Positions 36,713 to 49,105 of a DNA stretch of 64,000 bases are shown in pieces. Location: NCBI GenBank assembly GCA_048772705.1, contig JBLWGC010000085.1:1-64000 (forward strand), written 5' to 3'. Source of the stretch: Leidyana gryllorum EB-2025a (lineage: Eukaryota > Protista > Apicomplexa). A program made the translations under genes and the position numbers. Numbering within the stretch: the first letter of the stretch is position 1; every line of letters begins with the position of its first letter. The notes below the pieces were generated by a model that was not told the DNA's origin, did not search any database, and saw only the letters and a program-made list of their open reading frames with translations.

Positions 36713-39700
36713 TCATTGCTCCCCTGGACCATTCCAGAAACATTGGAGGATTTCTTTTGGGGCTGGAGGGGTCTTGGTGGTAAAGCACTTTTGCAACACC
36801 ATGGCAACGGCTTCAGCATCTGTTGCGGGAAATTCTGCTCCGCTGGCGGCCGGGGCGGTGGTGGCGGCGGTGGAGGCGGCGGTGGACTGCTCCGTCATTG
36901 TCTCCCCTTCGATTCCTGCCAAGCTGTGTTGGCTGAGGTCAGAGTCGGGATGGTATAGTTTCTGGAGACCCATCACCATCTGCTTGGCGACATCTTCTCC
37001 CATCCCCGCTTCACCTTCCGTTTTGTGCCATTTAGCAGTAAATTGCGTCTCGGGGTAAGCTGGATTGGTCCTCTGTTTCGGATGGAGTGTTACCTCGCGG
37101 TTTGCCAACCATTTGAGGACGCTAATCGCTTCCTCACCTTCCTCGTAAGTCAGAGGCTTCAAGGCAACATATTCCAAAACTCCTGCCGAGATCACGGCCG
37201 ACTGCGAGTCGGGGGAAGTTTCCAGACTTTCCTTGATCAGTTGGACCGTGGGAGCTCGTCCAATCATGCGGGCAGCATTCCTGAGAGCGTCTGGAACGCG
37301 TTTACCACCGACTGCAGTAATGTGTACGGGCTCCTCGCGTATGGCCGATTCGGTGCTGCCCAGGCATGGTACCGCGGCATCAGGCATCTGCGCGGCCACC
37401 CCGGCTTGAAGCTTCTCTTCCTTCAACTTCCGCTCAACGTACCCAATAGGGGCCTTGCAAACTTCCAGACAATCAGCCTGATCAGCTTCGGGTCTTGCAG
37501 AGCACACTTCCTCACAAGTATAGTGAAACTTATCGAAGTCTGATTTGGGACCGGCTTTTTGTTGTTGGGGGCCAGTCTTCTCAGCGGCACGTAAGTATAT
37601 CGGCCAAGTGACATGCTCATTATCGCAATCCTTACACTCTACCCCAATCACGCTTCCATCAGCTTGCTCTTCACCACAGATCCATAGGGGGTTGGAAGGG
37701 TATAACTCCTGATCCGGCCTCCGCGGCGGCTCGCTGCAAATCATGTCTTCTGGAACATTTTGGCCCTTGTAAGCAACCTTGTAGAGCCTGGTGAGTCGCT
37801 CTTCATCCTCAAAGTGACCGAACAGTACGATATGACGACTTTCTTCTTGTCGTTGTGCTTTGATCGTCTCATCCGGGATTTGCTGTTCTTGGGCAACGGA
37901 CTCCCCGGCCGGGTCGGGGCAAATACCGTCTGCTATTCGTTGTGCTTTGATCCTCTCCCGCCGGTTTTCCAGCCACTGGTCGAGCTGTGGCTGGGGCAGG
38001 AGGGGAGGGAACCTCGGGTCCGCAGGCTCCCCACACGGCTCTTCTTGGACACCGAGCTCGAGCTCCTCGGACAGATTGATGCGACGACCTTCCAGGGGAG
38101 TTTTCTTCAGCCACCCAACATTCGGATCATTGCAGTCTGAACATTCAATCGCACTCAAGGGTCCATCCTGTGCGCGTTGAGCACAGAGCCACTGGTCGGG
38201 AGCGCTCGTCTGCTCCGGGTCGGTGCAGATCATGTCATCTGGAACATCTTGGCCCTCGTAAGGAATTTTGCCAATTTTGTCCTCAATGTCATCAGGACGT
38301 AGTCTGGCAGGCCTGATGCGAACCCGGTTGGAGAGAGGGATAGGTGGGTCGGCACGCAGCTTTTGCTGACGACGGAGAGTGAACTCGTTCTCATCATCCT
38401 GTGGCTGGGCGGACAGCTTGACGCGACGACCGGGTCTCCGGTTGGAGACAGGGAAAGGTGGGTCGGCAGGCAGCGTTTCCAGCTGGAGGAGAGTGAACTC
38501 GTCCTCATCATCCTGTGGCTGGGCAGACAGCTTGACGCGACGACCTCTCTGTTGTTGCTCGTGACGAGAGGGGTCGGTGCAAAAACCGTTTGCTATTCGT
38601 TGGGCTTTGATCCTCTCCCGCCGGTCTTCCAGCCACTGATCGAGCTCTGGCTTGGGCAGGAGGGGAACGAACCTCGGGTCCTCAATCTCCCCACACGGGT
38701 CCTCTTGGACAACGGACTCGGTGTTCGCGGATGGCTCGGTGCAAAAACCGTTTGCTATTCGTTGAGCTTTGATCCTCTCCCGCCGGTCTTCCAGCCACTG
38801 ATCGAGCTCTGGCTTGGGCAGGAGGGGAACCAACCTCGGGTCCTCAATCTCCCCACAAGGGTCCTCTTGGACAACGGACTCGGTGTTCGCGGGCAGCTTG
38901 ATGCGACGACCTTGTTGGGGAGCCTGGTCCAGCCACCCAGCTTTCGCATCAATGCACTCTGAACATTCAATCGCAGTCAAGCCTCCATCCGGTGCGCGTT
39001 CAGCACAGAGCCACCGGTTCGGCACAATCAACTTAATAATAGGGCCCTTCTGCCGGTCGTAGCAGATCATGTCCTTTGGAACATCTTGGTCGTCGTATCG
39101 AATTTTGCCAATTTCGCATGGAGTCTTTGATCCCTTACAAGAGTCGTTGGAGACAGGGATAGGTGGGTCGGCACGCAGCTTTTGCTGACGACGGAGAGTG
39201 AACCCGTTCTCATCATCCTGTGGCTGGGCGGACAGCTTGACGAGACGACCGGGTCTCCGGTTGGAGACAGGGAAAGGTGGGTCGGCAGGCAGCGTTTCCA
39301 GCCGGAGGAGAGTGAACTCGTCCTCATCATCCTGTGGCTGGGCGGACAGCTTGATGCGACGACCTCCCTGTTGTTGCTCGTGATGAGAGGGGTCGGCGGC
39401 CGGGTCGGGGCAAATACCGTCGGCTATTCGTTGTGCTTTGATCCTCTCCCGCCGGTTTTCCAGCCACTGGTCGAGCTGTGGCTGGGGCAGGAGGGGAATG
39501 CGCTTCGGGTCCTTAATCTCCCCACACGGGTCTTCTTGGACAACGGACTCGGGCTCCGCAGACGGCTCGGGGCAAATACCGTCGGCTATTCGTTGTGCTT
39601 TGATCCTCTCCCGCCGGTTTTCCAGCCACTGGTCGAGCTGTGGCTGGGGCAGAAGGGGAATGCGCTTCGGGTCCTTAATCTCCCCACACGGGTCCTCTTG

Positions 39701-42055
39701 GACAACGGACTCGGGCTCCGCAGACGGCTCGGGGCAAATACCGTCGGCTATTCGTTGTGCTTTGATCCTCTCCCGCCGGTTTTCCAGCCACTGGTCGAGC
39801 TGTGGCTGGGGCAGGAGGGGAATGCGCTTCGGGTCCTTAATCTCCCCACACGGGTCCTCTTGGACAACGGACTCGGGCTCCGCAGACGGCTCGGGGCAAA
39901 TACCGTCGGCTATTCGTTGTGCTTTGATCCTCTCCCGCCGGTTTTCCAGCCACTGGTCGAGCTGTGGCTGGGGCAGGAGGGGAATGCGCTTCGGGTCCTT
40001 AATCTCCCCACACGGGTCTTCTTGGACAACGGACTCGGGCTCCGCAGACGGCTCGGGGCAAATACCGTCGGCTATTCGTTGTGCTTTGATCCTCTCCCGC
40101 CGGTTTTCCAGCCACTGGTCGAGCTGTGGCTGGGGCAGGAGGGGAATGCGCTTCGGGTCCTTAATCTCCCCACACGGGTCCTCTTGGACAACGGACTCGG
40201 GCTCCGCAGACGGCTCGGGGCAAATACCGTCGGCTATTCGTTGTGCTTTGATCCTCTCCCGCCGGTTTTCCAGCCACTGGTCGAGCTGTGGCTGGGGCAG
40301 GAGGGGAATGCGCTTCGGGTCCTTAATCTCCCCACACGGGTCCTCTTGGACAACGGACTCGGGCTCCGCAGACGGCTCGGGGCAAATACCGTCGGCTATT
40401 CGTTGTGCTTTGATCCTCTCCCGCCGGTTTTCCAGCCACTGGTCGAGCTGTGGCTGGGGCAGGAGGGGAATGCGCTTCGGGTCCTTAATCTCCCCACACG
40501 GGTCTTCTTGGACAACGGACTCGGGCTCCGCAGACGGCTCGGGGCAAATCCCGTCGGCTATTCGTTGTGCTTTGATCCTCTCCCGCCGGTTTTCCAGCCA
40601 CTGGTCGAGCTGTGGCTGGGGCAGGAGGGGAATGCGCTTCGGGTCCTTAATCTCCCCACACGGGTCCTCTTGGACAACGGACTCGGGCTCCGCAGACGGC
40701 TCGGGGCAAATACCGTCGGCTATTCGTTGTGCTTTGATCCTCTCCCGCCGGTTTTCCAGCCACTGGTCGAGCTGTGGCTGGGGCAGGAGGGGAACGAACC
40801 TCGGGTCCTCAATCTCCCCACACGGGTCTTCTTGGACAACGGACTCGGGCTCCGCAGACGGCTCGGGGCAAATACCGTCGGCTATTCGTTGTGCTTTGAT
40901 CCTCTCCCGCCGGTTTTCCAGCCACTGGTCGAGCTGTGGCTGGGGCAGAAGGGGAACGCGCCTCGGGTCCTTAATCTCCCCACACGGGTCTTCTTGGACA
41001 ACGGACTCGGTGTTCGCGGCCGGGTCGGGGCAAATACCGTCGGCTATTCGTTGGGCTTTGATCCTCTCCCGCCGGTTTGCCAGCCAGTCTTCGAGCTCTG
41101 GCTGGGGCAGAAGGGGAATTAAGCTCGGGTTCTTAATCTCCCCACACGGGTCTTCTTCGACAACGGGCTCGGGGCAAATACCGTCTATTATTCGTTGTGC
41201 TTTGATCCTCTCCCGCCCGTTTGCCAGCCAGTTATCGAGCTGTGGCTGGGGCAGAAGGGGAATTATGCTCGGGTCCTCAAACTCCCCACACGGGTCTTCT
41301 TGGACAACGGACTCGGGCTCCGCAGACGGCTCGGGGCAAATACCGTCGGCTATTCGTTGTGCTTTGATCCTCTCCCGCCGGTTTGCCAGCCAGTCTTCGA
41401 GCTGTGGCTGGGGCAGAAGGGGTTTTACGCTCGGGTCCTCAATCTCCCCACACGGGTCAGCGTCATCAGGACGAGGCTGCTTTTGCAGCGCCAGCTTTTT
41501 GAACTCGTACTGCTGTCTGGGTTTGGAAGTTGAACGTGAGAGCGTAGTGACTTCGTGGCCTTGATCAGCAGTGGCATTGGAGGGCTGCAATTTGGAAACG
41601 AATGAGAATCAGCTCGTCAACTCGACGTTACCTACCTGAGTGCCCGTAACCCAATTCAAGACCTTTCGGACTAGGCCAATTTCAGAGGCGGCGGTGGCAT
41701 TCTGCTTGGTGGCTTGCTCATGCAAAAATTTGATCTCGCCGCCTTTCGATTTCGATTTCGATCCTTGGGTGGCTCTTTGATACTGACGTGTCGCCTTGCG
41801 CTTTGCTTGATGATTGGGCTCAGGCAGCCAGTGGGGTACAGTTGCGATTGGCTGGCCATTCACTCTCGCCACATGGGGTGCAGTGCTATTCGCTGTTCCG
41901 TTGTGAGAAAGAACGGTTCCATTGCCCTCGACTGAGTATGTCAATGTCGAGTTCCCGTTGAAGACTTGAGCAGTAAGCAGAGGCAGATGCTGCATCAATG
42001 AGGGGCTCTTAGAGTCATGAGAAGTAAGGGATTCAACCCGCACGTTGGGAGCCAT
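36713..42055 (-). CDS. Repeat protein of about 1760 aa, LTAQV-leader family
   Basis: Exon 1 (42055-41636) joins the 1625-aa ORF through a phase-0 51-nt intron, 41635-41585 (GTAGGT...TTGCAG); C-terminal domain shared with the 43403 and 47337 genes. Confidence 0.85.
39400..41460 (-). repeat. 162-bp coding tandem array, 13 units (54 aa each), with 3 more dispersed units at 37.9-38.9 kb
   Basis: Period 162 nt (motif recurs at 39497, 39659 ... 40631); 8 units are almost identical. Confidence 0.95.
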
Positions 42056-43402
42056 TTTTCTCCAATGAAGCTACTGATGTAACAATAAAATATTTAATTG
42101 TTTAGGGTATAAAGCTCAGACAAAACGCGCGTTGTTAGATCAAACGGCTTGGAGAGGACACAACGTGCCACACACCACCACACACGTGGTCAAGTTCACC
42201 TCGTGAGCTTGACACTCTCTCAAGACAAGTAGTCATGAGAATCACGGGTTGTGGCCGCAAAGAGTAGGTGGATTCATTGTCTTCGCACTCCTTACACAAC
42301 TCGGTTCCGTCACGCACAGTGCGTGGACAACGTCCGTCTGGGATTCTGATCTGTAACGACACTCTGATTACGGTCTTCATACTCACATCACTCAGCTCTC
42401 AGGCGACAGCTCTCAGGCGACGTCTCTCGAAGTCGGTTACGACAATCATATTCAAGACGTGATATCGGTAAGTTCTTCGGAGCAAACTGATGCCTAAACA
42501 CAGTACCAGTGGTGAGACGTCAATCAAGTTGGTTCACGAGCAGTGAACAGCCGGCGTGAACCAAGCAACACATACTGCCGAAACATAGTCAAGCGAGGTT
42601 CTTTCAGAGGGTTCGCTCCACTGCTCTTCACTTTCGCTGGTGATAGGAATGCGTTACCCACAAGAGATGGGCCTGTCCCGATTCAGCTCTCACTTAACAG
42701 CAAGACGACGACAGCCTTCTTCCGGTCTCCCTGGTGATGCGCTATAGGTTATAGGTTGCTTGGAATACGTAGACAGCAGTAGCGCTTTGGGGGTCTATCT
42801 TGTCGGGATGAGTCGGAGGCTTGACGATCGCAAGTCGTTCACTCTCTTTGCGGCATGTATAGAATTTGATCAGCTCTTGAAGCACTCCTTGATATTTTGT
42901 GGGGAATTAGTGTCATGCGACCGACGCGCAACGGTGCGGGCTCGTCGGACTACCCAATATCTCTCGGCAGCACACAAAGGTCGACATCTTCCTGCCCAAG
43001 GGGGTCGCACTGCACGGGTGTACACTTTGGGGGAACGAATGATTGTCCCATGGCGTGGAGCAGAGGGGACAAAAGCAGCAAACAAAGTGCATCCGTTGTG
43101 TCAATGTAACTCGAGAAGAAGCCGATTGAACATCATCAGGGCGACTACCTGTGTCCCATTTGTCCCCCGCTCCGCTGGCCCAGATACCTTGACTTTGGTA
43201 TCTTGGGGAATGAGGATGTGAGTGATACACCCACCGGGGTGGGGAAATAGTCAGTGAGACTCTCCATCCATTGCAGTATGACGCACAGTCCACAGTACCG
43301 AGTCCCTTTGGATATTTACCAAACTCCTTCTCACTCAGACGGAGTATGCCCTTTCTCCTTACGGCCAACGTTGACTGCCTCTGCGGGAGACACCCGATAA
43401 TC

Positions 43403-44922
43403 TCATGCGGTGTACAGTCCATCGTAAAAGACGTTGGTAGACTGCTCCACTGCTTGACTGTATGCGATCTGTGGCCCAGCATCTTCGAAGAGGTTGGTAG
43501 ACTGGTCCACTGCTTGACTGCATGCGATTTGTGGCCCAGCATCTTCGAAGCCCATCAGACTGACTTCGGAGTAGGGATGATATCGTTGCTGGAGATGAAC
43601 CACCGTCTGCTTGATGGCATTGGTATCAAGTGCGTGTAGATACCCGTTCCTCTCCCATTCAGCAACAAACTCTACATCAGAGCAAAGCGCTTTGCTCTTC
43701 TCGTCTGGAAGGAGTTTTACATCCCGCTCAGCCAGCCAGGCGATGGCGTCGACAATCTGTACACCTTCTTGCAAAGTCAAAGGTCGAAGTTCGACATATT
43801 CGAAGACACCGGATGCGAGCATTTGCGATTGCGAGTGTGGGGACGTTTCCATCTCCTGCACGATAATCTTTGCCGTTGGAGTGTGTCCAACGAGATGTAA
43901 AATGAACTGCAGAGGAACTTTGACAGGTTTGCGATTGAGACCATAGATCGATGAGGGCACATCAGTCGGCGGCCCACAACTGTCCACGGGTTGCCACACC
44001 GAATGAATGCTTCTCGCAGTCTGCTGTGAGTGCAGGATGCTCTCCGTTGAGTCGGTGATACCTGCTGGTCCTGCGCGGTAACGGCACCTGACGCCGGCTT
44101 CACCAGTCTGCTCTTTCGTCCGATCGCCTCTCAGCTGTACCTTTGACCGGCTTGTCCTTTCACGAGACTTGCCATCCCCATCAGAGTGGGACTCGAGGGG
44201 GTTGCGGGTTGTCGTCGTGCTCCGCGTGTCATTACGAAACCTCTCTCCAGGATCAGTGATATTTGAGGAATTCGAGTCAGTGGCGCGATGTTCGACGGTT
44301 GTCTCACAATGCAGCGGGTGAGACAATTTGGATACGTTCCTCTCATTACAAAACACGGAATAACTGCCGCCAGCAGCGGAAGATTCTTCAATCAGACCCC
44401 ATCTTCCATTTTGCATTGTAAGTGTTCCCTTTCGTGCGATGTCTACCTTCCCCCTTGTCTGCTTTCCAACGCTTTTCTCATCCAAGGTGCCTTCGAACGC
44501 CTGTCAGTGGACAGAGAATGAGAAGCAAGTCGTATATTCGCACATCCCTACCTCACTGCTCACACCCCAGCGGACCATTTGCGGCGGGATGGATTGGCTG
44601 GGCCCTCCGGGAGTGCTTTAGATCTATCTTCACGGCTTCCGCTTCCCAACTCCTCTCCAGTGACGCGCCGATCGGCAAGGGGCGCCTTGAGCTTCGTAGT
44701 GTAACTCAGCCATCCAGGTGGGTAGGCGGCTGCCCTGACGGAGGTGGAGGCGGTAGTCCGCATTGAACTCTCTGATACATGGCTTTCCTTCTCCACCGTA
44801 TATGTGACCGACGATTGCTCCGAGAGGACTTGGGCTGTCAAGACGGGCAAATGGCAGATGACTGAGAGGCCATCGATGTCATCGTAATACTTTAGCGATC
44901 CCACGCGGACAGTGGGTGCCAT
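43403..44922 (-). CDS. LTAQV-leader family member 2
   Basis: MAPTVRV...HLPVLTAQV exon, phase-0 intron GTGTGA...CTGACAG (about 44565-44501), then the 360-aa ORF with the shared C-domain; a 60-bp repeat x2 near the end. Confidence 0.75.
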
Positions 44923-45806
44923 TCCTGTCGACAGTCTCTATTCCACGAGAACTCCAAAATTAGCCGATCGGACAAAACAGTTGCCCGACATTGTCGCTTC
45001 ACCTCCATGAAGGATATCTGCTAAAGAGTTCCGACTACGGGTTTCGTCCAGGGTGATACGGGGTAGGCAGATGTTGGAAAAGGCCTGATAGGGACAAAAC
45101 GCCTAGGATGAGATCAGGAACAGCAGTTCGTCGCGTACCTCGAAGCTCACTCGTCCTCTTCGTTGCGGGGTAGCTGTGCCGGCGCGTTGATTGAGCTCAG
45201 GACTTAATGTGTTCTGACTGTGGCAGTGACTTTTCACCGGTTACAATGTTGGTCTCTAGTGTCCTCTTCCCCCTCTACTCTAGGAAACGATTTAAATCAC
45301 CTCGGCAGACGCCGTCTCCTGAGGGCACAGTCCGCCAGCCTGCGGGCCCGTCGTGATGCGCACTATCACTCGATGAGTGTGAGTGCAAGGACTCGATGTC
45401 AGCTCTATGGGTCAAATGTAAAAGCCGAAGGGTATTTGTTGCTACTCTCTGGTTTCTATGTTTCAGCTCGCTCGATGACGGAAGACAGGATAGAGAGGCA
45501 GTCGATTGCTCTCACTGTTGACGGGTCGCGGTGAGAATGACTAACATGCGGAACGTAGATTATGTGACGGAACTAAGGTACAAGTGTGTTCCTATTGATA
45601 TTCAAAAGGGTTAACATCACCAGCTCGACGGTTTTGGTCAGGTTCTGATGTGGACCTCTCCTAAGTCGTGGAAAGACTTCGGTTGCGTGGTATCTCAAGT
45701 ACTTCTAGCTAAATACATCTCGCCCTGAGACCAAAATCCACGAGTATCCGGCAACCAGACACTCATTGTCGGAGAGATCGAACTTTTCTGGACGCTTTCC
45801 AGACTG

Positions 45807-46025
45807 ACGTCCAGGCGACATGACGAGCGCAGAGGAACCCCAGAGTGCGTGTTCCTGTTTTCGTAGACCATGGATCATAAACGATATAGCTGGACTGAAT
45901 AGCGCCGTTTCACCTCATTCCCCTCCGGCTCAACTCATTTTGATGGTCTGTGAGCCGTCCAGGCGACATGACGAGCACAGAGGAACCCTACCGTGCGTAA
46001 ACCTTTTTTCGTGGACCATAGACCC
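45807..46025 (+). repeat. Direct repeat of about 70 bp x2 upstream of U2 variant A; diverged copies at about 48360 and 49350
   Basis: CGTCCAGGCGACATGACGAGCRCAGAGGAACCC...GTGCGT...TTTTCGTRGACCAT at 45807 and 45956. Confidence 0.8.
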
Positions 46026-46073
46026 GTTTACCCTCATTTCCCCCCCCCTCCCCCTCCCTGGGACTCGTCTCAG

Positions 46074-46086
46074 TGTGTCGCACACA
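46074..46086 (+). promoter_or_regulatory. Candidate U2 upstream element TGTGTCGCACACA
   Basis: The identical 13-mer lies at -48 of U2-A and at -47 (48876) of U2-B, while the flanks are otherwise diverged. Confidence 0.6.
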
Positions 46087-46121
46087 CCGAACTCGCTGGC
46101 CAGATTTCTACCGAAAAACTC

Positions 46122-46298
46122 AATCTCGGCCTTCCAGCTCAGATCAATTGTATTTAAAAGTTCTTTCCTTGGTTATTTGAGGAAGGGGACATATGTCTCC
46201 GACTACTAACCAATATTTATGTCTTGGATCGCAGCTCTGATTCGCAGCAAGCCGTGAGAAGAGTCCCTGAACTTGCACTTTATCAGGAGGCTCTACCC
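46122..46298 (+). ncRNA. U2: U2 spliceosomal snRNA, variant A (non-canonical branch-point recognition sequence)
   Basis: TCTCGGCC-TTCC-AGCTCAGATCAA...GTTCTT; stem IIa TTCCTT/GAGGAA; IIc GGTTA/TAACC; IIb GGGGAC/GTCTCC; Sm-like ATTTATG; SL IV loop ACTTGCACTTTA. Confidence 0.9.
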
Positions 46299-46578
46299 TG
46301 CCAATTGCGGCGACAAAGTATGGTGCATAGTGTCCCCGGCTATGTTAGGGACGGACGTCGGCCGGCAGATGTTTTCGAGTGCCAGGCGGCCTCGCAGCCA
46401 CCTGCGTGCAGCCCCTCCGGCCGACAAACCTCCCTAGCTTACTGTGCCTGTTTGACCACATAGCCTCTGATTCGTCGGTTGATCGGGCTGGGGGGGATCG
46501 TCGGCTGCAGGGGCTTCTGCAGCCGACGATCGAGCAACCACCGGTGTGGAACCGTGGATCCCGAGAAGTGCGGCCTTG

Positions 46579-46911
46579 TGATCTGTAATAGACACACAGA
46601 CACAACCCAGCTGCATCGCCCATTGGGACGATGGCGCACACAACTACAAAAGCACAGATAGAATAGAAAGAATAGACAGAGCGAGAGATGCGTGACTCTA
46701 ATCAGTGACTATAGATCAACAAAACTACAACTCATCTACTACAACTTCTACTACTCATCATACCCGTTATAACCCGATCACAGAGCCTACGCCTACAAAG
46801 GCGATCCTCCAAGGAACCAGACATGTCGGAACAAGTTGAAGAGGTCACGCCAATCCAACACCCCGTCACCACCGATCCAAACCCCTCCCAGGACCCCGCA
46901 AACTCCAATCA
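46579..46911. mobile_element. 333-bp dispersed element, second full copy
   Basis: TGATCTGTAA...CTCCAATCA, near-identical to 35823-36156. Confidence 0.65.
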
Positions 46912-47336
46912 CGCGTTGTTGAGGTGTCTTCCAATAATTAGGCAAAGGTTCAGAGCACATGCGCACACATTTGGCCATCCAACTGGGGAAAAAAATCGAG
47001 ACCGCACATACATTCACTTGATGGAGGCGTTTTCGCTGTTACTTCGCCTACGAATACAAACTGCTCATTCACGTACAGTACTACAGTACGCAACGCTTCT
47101 TCATGATGCAAGCCTTTGATGATAGTGTTGCATAGTTTGATTACTTTAGAATGCACCAGCATAAAGGAGCGTCTGCTCCTCAGCACCTCTTTCTAGTTTT
47201 AAGTGTATCTATCCAATGTCTCTATCGTACCAGTCTTCCCTCGCTCCGGCCAAGAATAGCTTCACCAAACTCTTGATTGAGAGGGATTTATTCAATGTTG
47301 GGACGGTCTGTCACCAGGTTGCTTCTGATCAGACTC

Positions 47337-48281
47337 TCACTGCGCATCAGACTCTTCCTGCTGATCAGTCTCTCCCCGTTGAAGACCGCTGAAGAGCTTC
47401 AGTAGTTGTTCGGTATTTGGACGAGAGTAGGGGAAAGCTCGTGTGATATGGAAGTAAGCGGCCTGGGCTATTTTTCGAGCCGTTGGCCCTTCGGGACCCG
47501 CTGCCGCCTCTTCGGCTGCGGGACCGGACTTAGCAGTGGACATTTCGGCGGCTGACGAGCTATCACCTTCCGATTCAGGAGCCGAGTTCGAATCAGAATC
47601 GTTGACCAAACCTTGTGTGGAGACCTGGGAGTTGGGGTGGTAGCGAGCTTGGAGTGCCCACACTATTCCATCCGCCTCCGCTCCCATGAACCCATAAATA
47701 TCTGTTGCTGGACGGACCTCTGTCATGAAGTCGTTCTCGTTTGCGGTTTCAGCATCGGTACGGCCTGGACAAAGCCTCACCTCATGAGACCCCAGCCATT
47801 CAATGACACTAACAAGTCTCTGAGCCTCGTACACGCTCAAAGGTACCGTTGCAGCAAATTGAAAGAGGGCTGCTGAAAGCACCACCGACTGTTGGTCTGG
47901 GAAGTCTTGCAGCAATCCCCTAACTGCGGCGGATTCTGAAGACGCTGATAGGACTTGTTCGAGGTACCTCAGACATTGGGCGCTTTGCTTGGTCTCGGGG
48001 AAAAGCTGGCTCTCGTCCACGCCTGCACGGCCGAACCATCGGGGTATTAACCAAGCAAGCGCACGGAATATCGACCAACTACCGGCTTGTTGGTCTCCAC
48101 CCGCATGGGGTCCGTCCGGTCGACGGGGGGGTTCTTCACCCTCACCGTGTGATTGTGAAGCCGGGGCGCTGCCTGTTGAGCTTCCCAAAACCTGGGCTGT
48201 CAAAAGTGTCAAGTGTTGCAGGGCTTTGCGCTCATAAACGTCACCACAAGCGACAGCCGGAACGCGAAGGCTGCACGTCAT
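47337..48281 (-). CDS. LTAQV-leader family member 3 (minimal linker)
   Basis: MTCSLRV...QHLTLLTAQV plus the C-domain ...WLGSHEVRLCP...LQARYHPNSQVS. Confidence 0.8.
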   Translation of the reverse strand: MTCSLRVPAVACGDVYERKALQHLTLLTAQVLGSSTGSAPASQSHGEGEEPPRRPDGPHAGGDQQAGSWSIFRALAWLIPRWFGRAGVDESQLFPETKQSAQCLRYLEQVLSASSESAAVRGLLQDFPDQQSVVLSAALFQFAATVPLSVYEAQRLVSVIEWLGSHEVRLCPGRTDAETANENDFMTEVRPATDIYGFMGAEADGIVWALQARYHPNSQVSTQGLVNDSDSNSAPESEGDSSSAAEMSTAKSGPAAEEAAAGPEGPTARKIAQAAYFHITRAFPYSRPNTEQLLKLFSGLQRGETDQQEESDAQ

Positions 48282-48922
48282 TCTTCTGCTAAACTAACGT
48301 TGATCAAAATACAACACGAAAATTTGAGGCTCTGCCGAACATAAGACACAACACTAATCGCGCGACATGACGAAAACCAGATACAGTCTTTGGACCAGAC
48401 CGACTCCGCTCCATCAAACAGGGATTGAACCAATGCAGTTCGTGTACAACCACCACGTAACCCGACACATGTTTTGAGCACAACTGTCAAAAGAGGCGAA
48501 AGAACTTGGCACGATGCGGCCAACGGTGGGCAGATTTGCGTGTCATTAGATACGTATGAAGGAGACTGATATCCCTCCTTCTTGGAGCAGTCAGCACTAA
48601 ACGGTCGTGCAAAAACCCCACATGTCGCTTTCATAGCGGTCAACTCATACTTAGCTCATAGTTAGCGACACCTCCACCTTGTCATGAGTATGTAAACCGA
48701 ACAAGAGTATTGTACCCGTGCTCAAGCAAACATCCAACTGTACACACACCAAAAGCACATTGCCTCAGCATCGCTGCACACACCCACAGCGAATTCGTCG
48801 GCAGTGCGGAGTTGACGACGACCCTTTTTTCTTCGGCAAGAATTTTGAAGTGCGAATTGATTGGGACCAGCCACATGTGTCGCACACATGGTATTCTAAT
48901 TGAAATTGAATTACAGAAGCTC

Positions 48923-49105
48923 AATCTCGGCCTTCCAGCTCAGATCAATTGTATTTTAAAGTTCTTTCCTTGGTAATGCATGGAAGGAGACGAATGACTC
49001 CATCTTTTACCAATATTTGTTAATTGGATCACCAGCCATGATGGTGGATTGTCCCTATCTTGCTGTGTGGGGAGCCTTTGAGCCAACACTATCTCCAACG
49101 GCTCC
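48923..49105 (+). ncRNA. U2: U2 spliceosomal snRNA, variant B
   Basis: First ~50 nt nearly identical to variant A; IIc covaries (GGTAA/TTACC); SL III CAC-CAGC/GCTG-T-GTG; SL IV GAGCC...GGCTC with loop CCAACACTAT. Confidence 0.85.

Noticed and set aside
39400-41460. CRISPR-like array
   Set aside because: Contiguous coding repeats without unique spacers, no cas genes, and a eukaryotic context.
39182-41564. Two long antisense ORFs (646 and 708 aa)
   Set aside because: They arise because one 162-bp unit lacks stops in those frames and end where the array ends; the minus-strand frame extends into unique sequence with paralogs.
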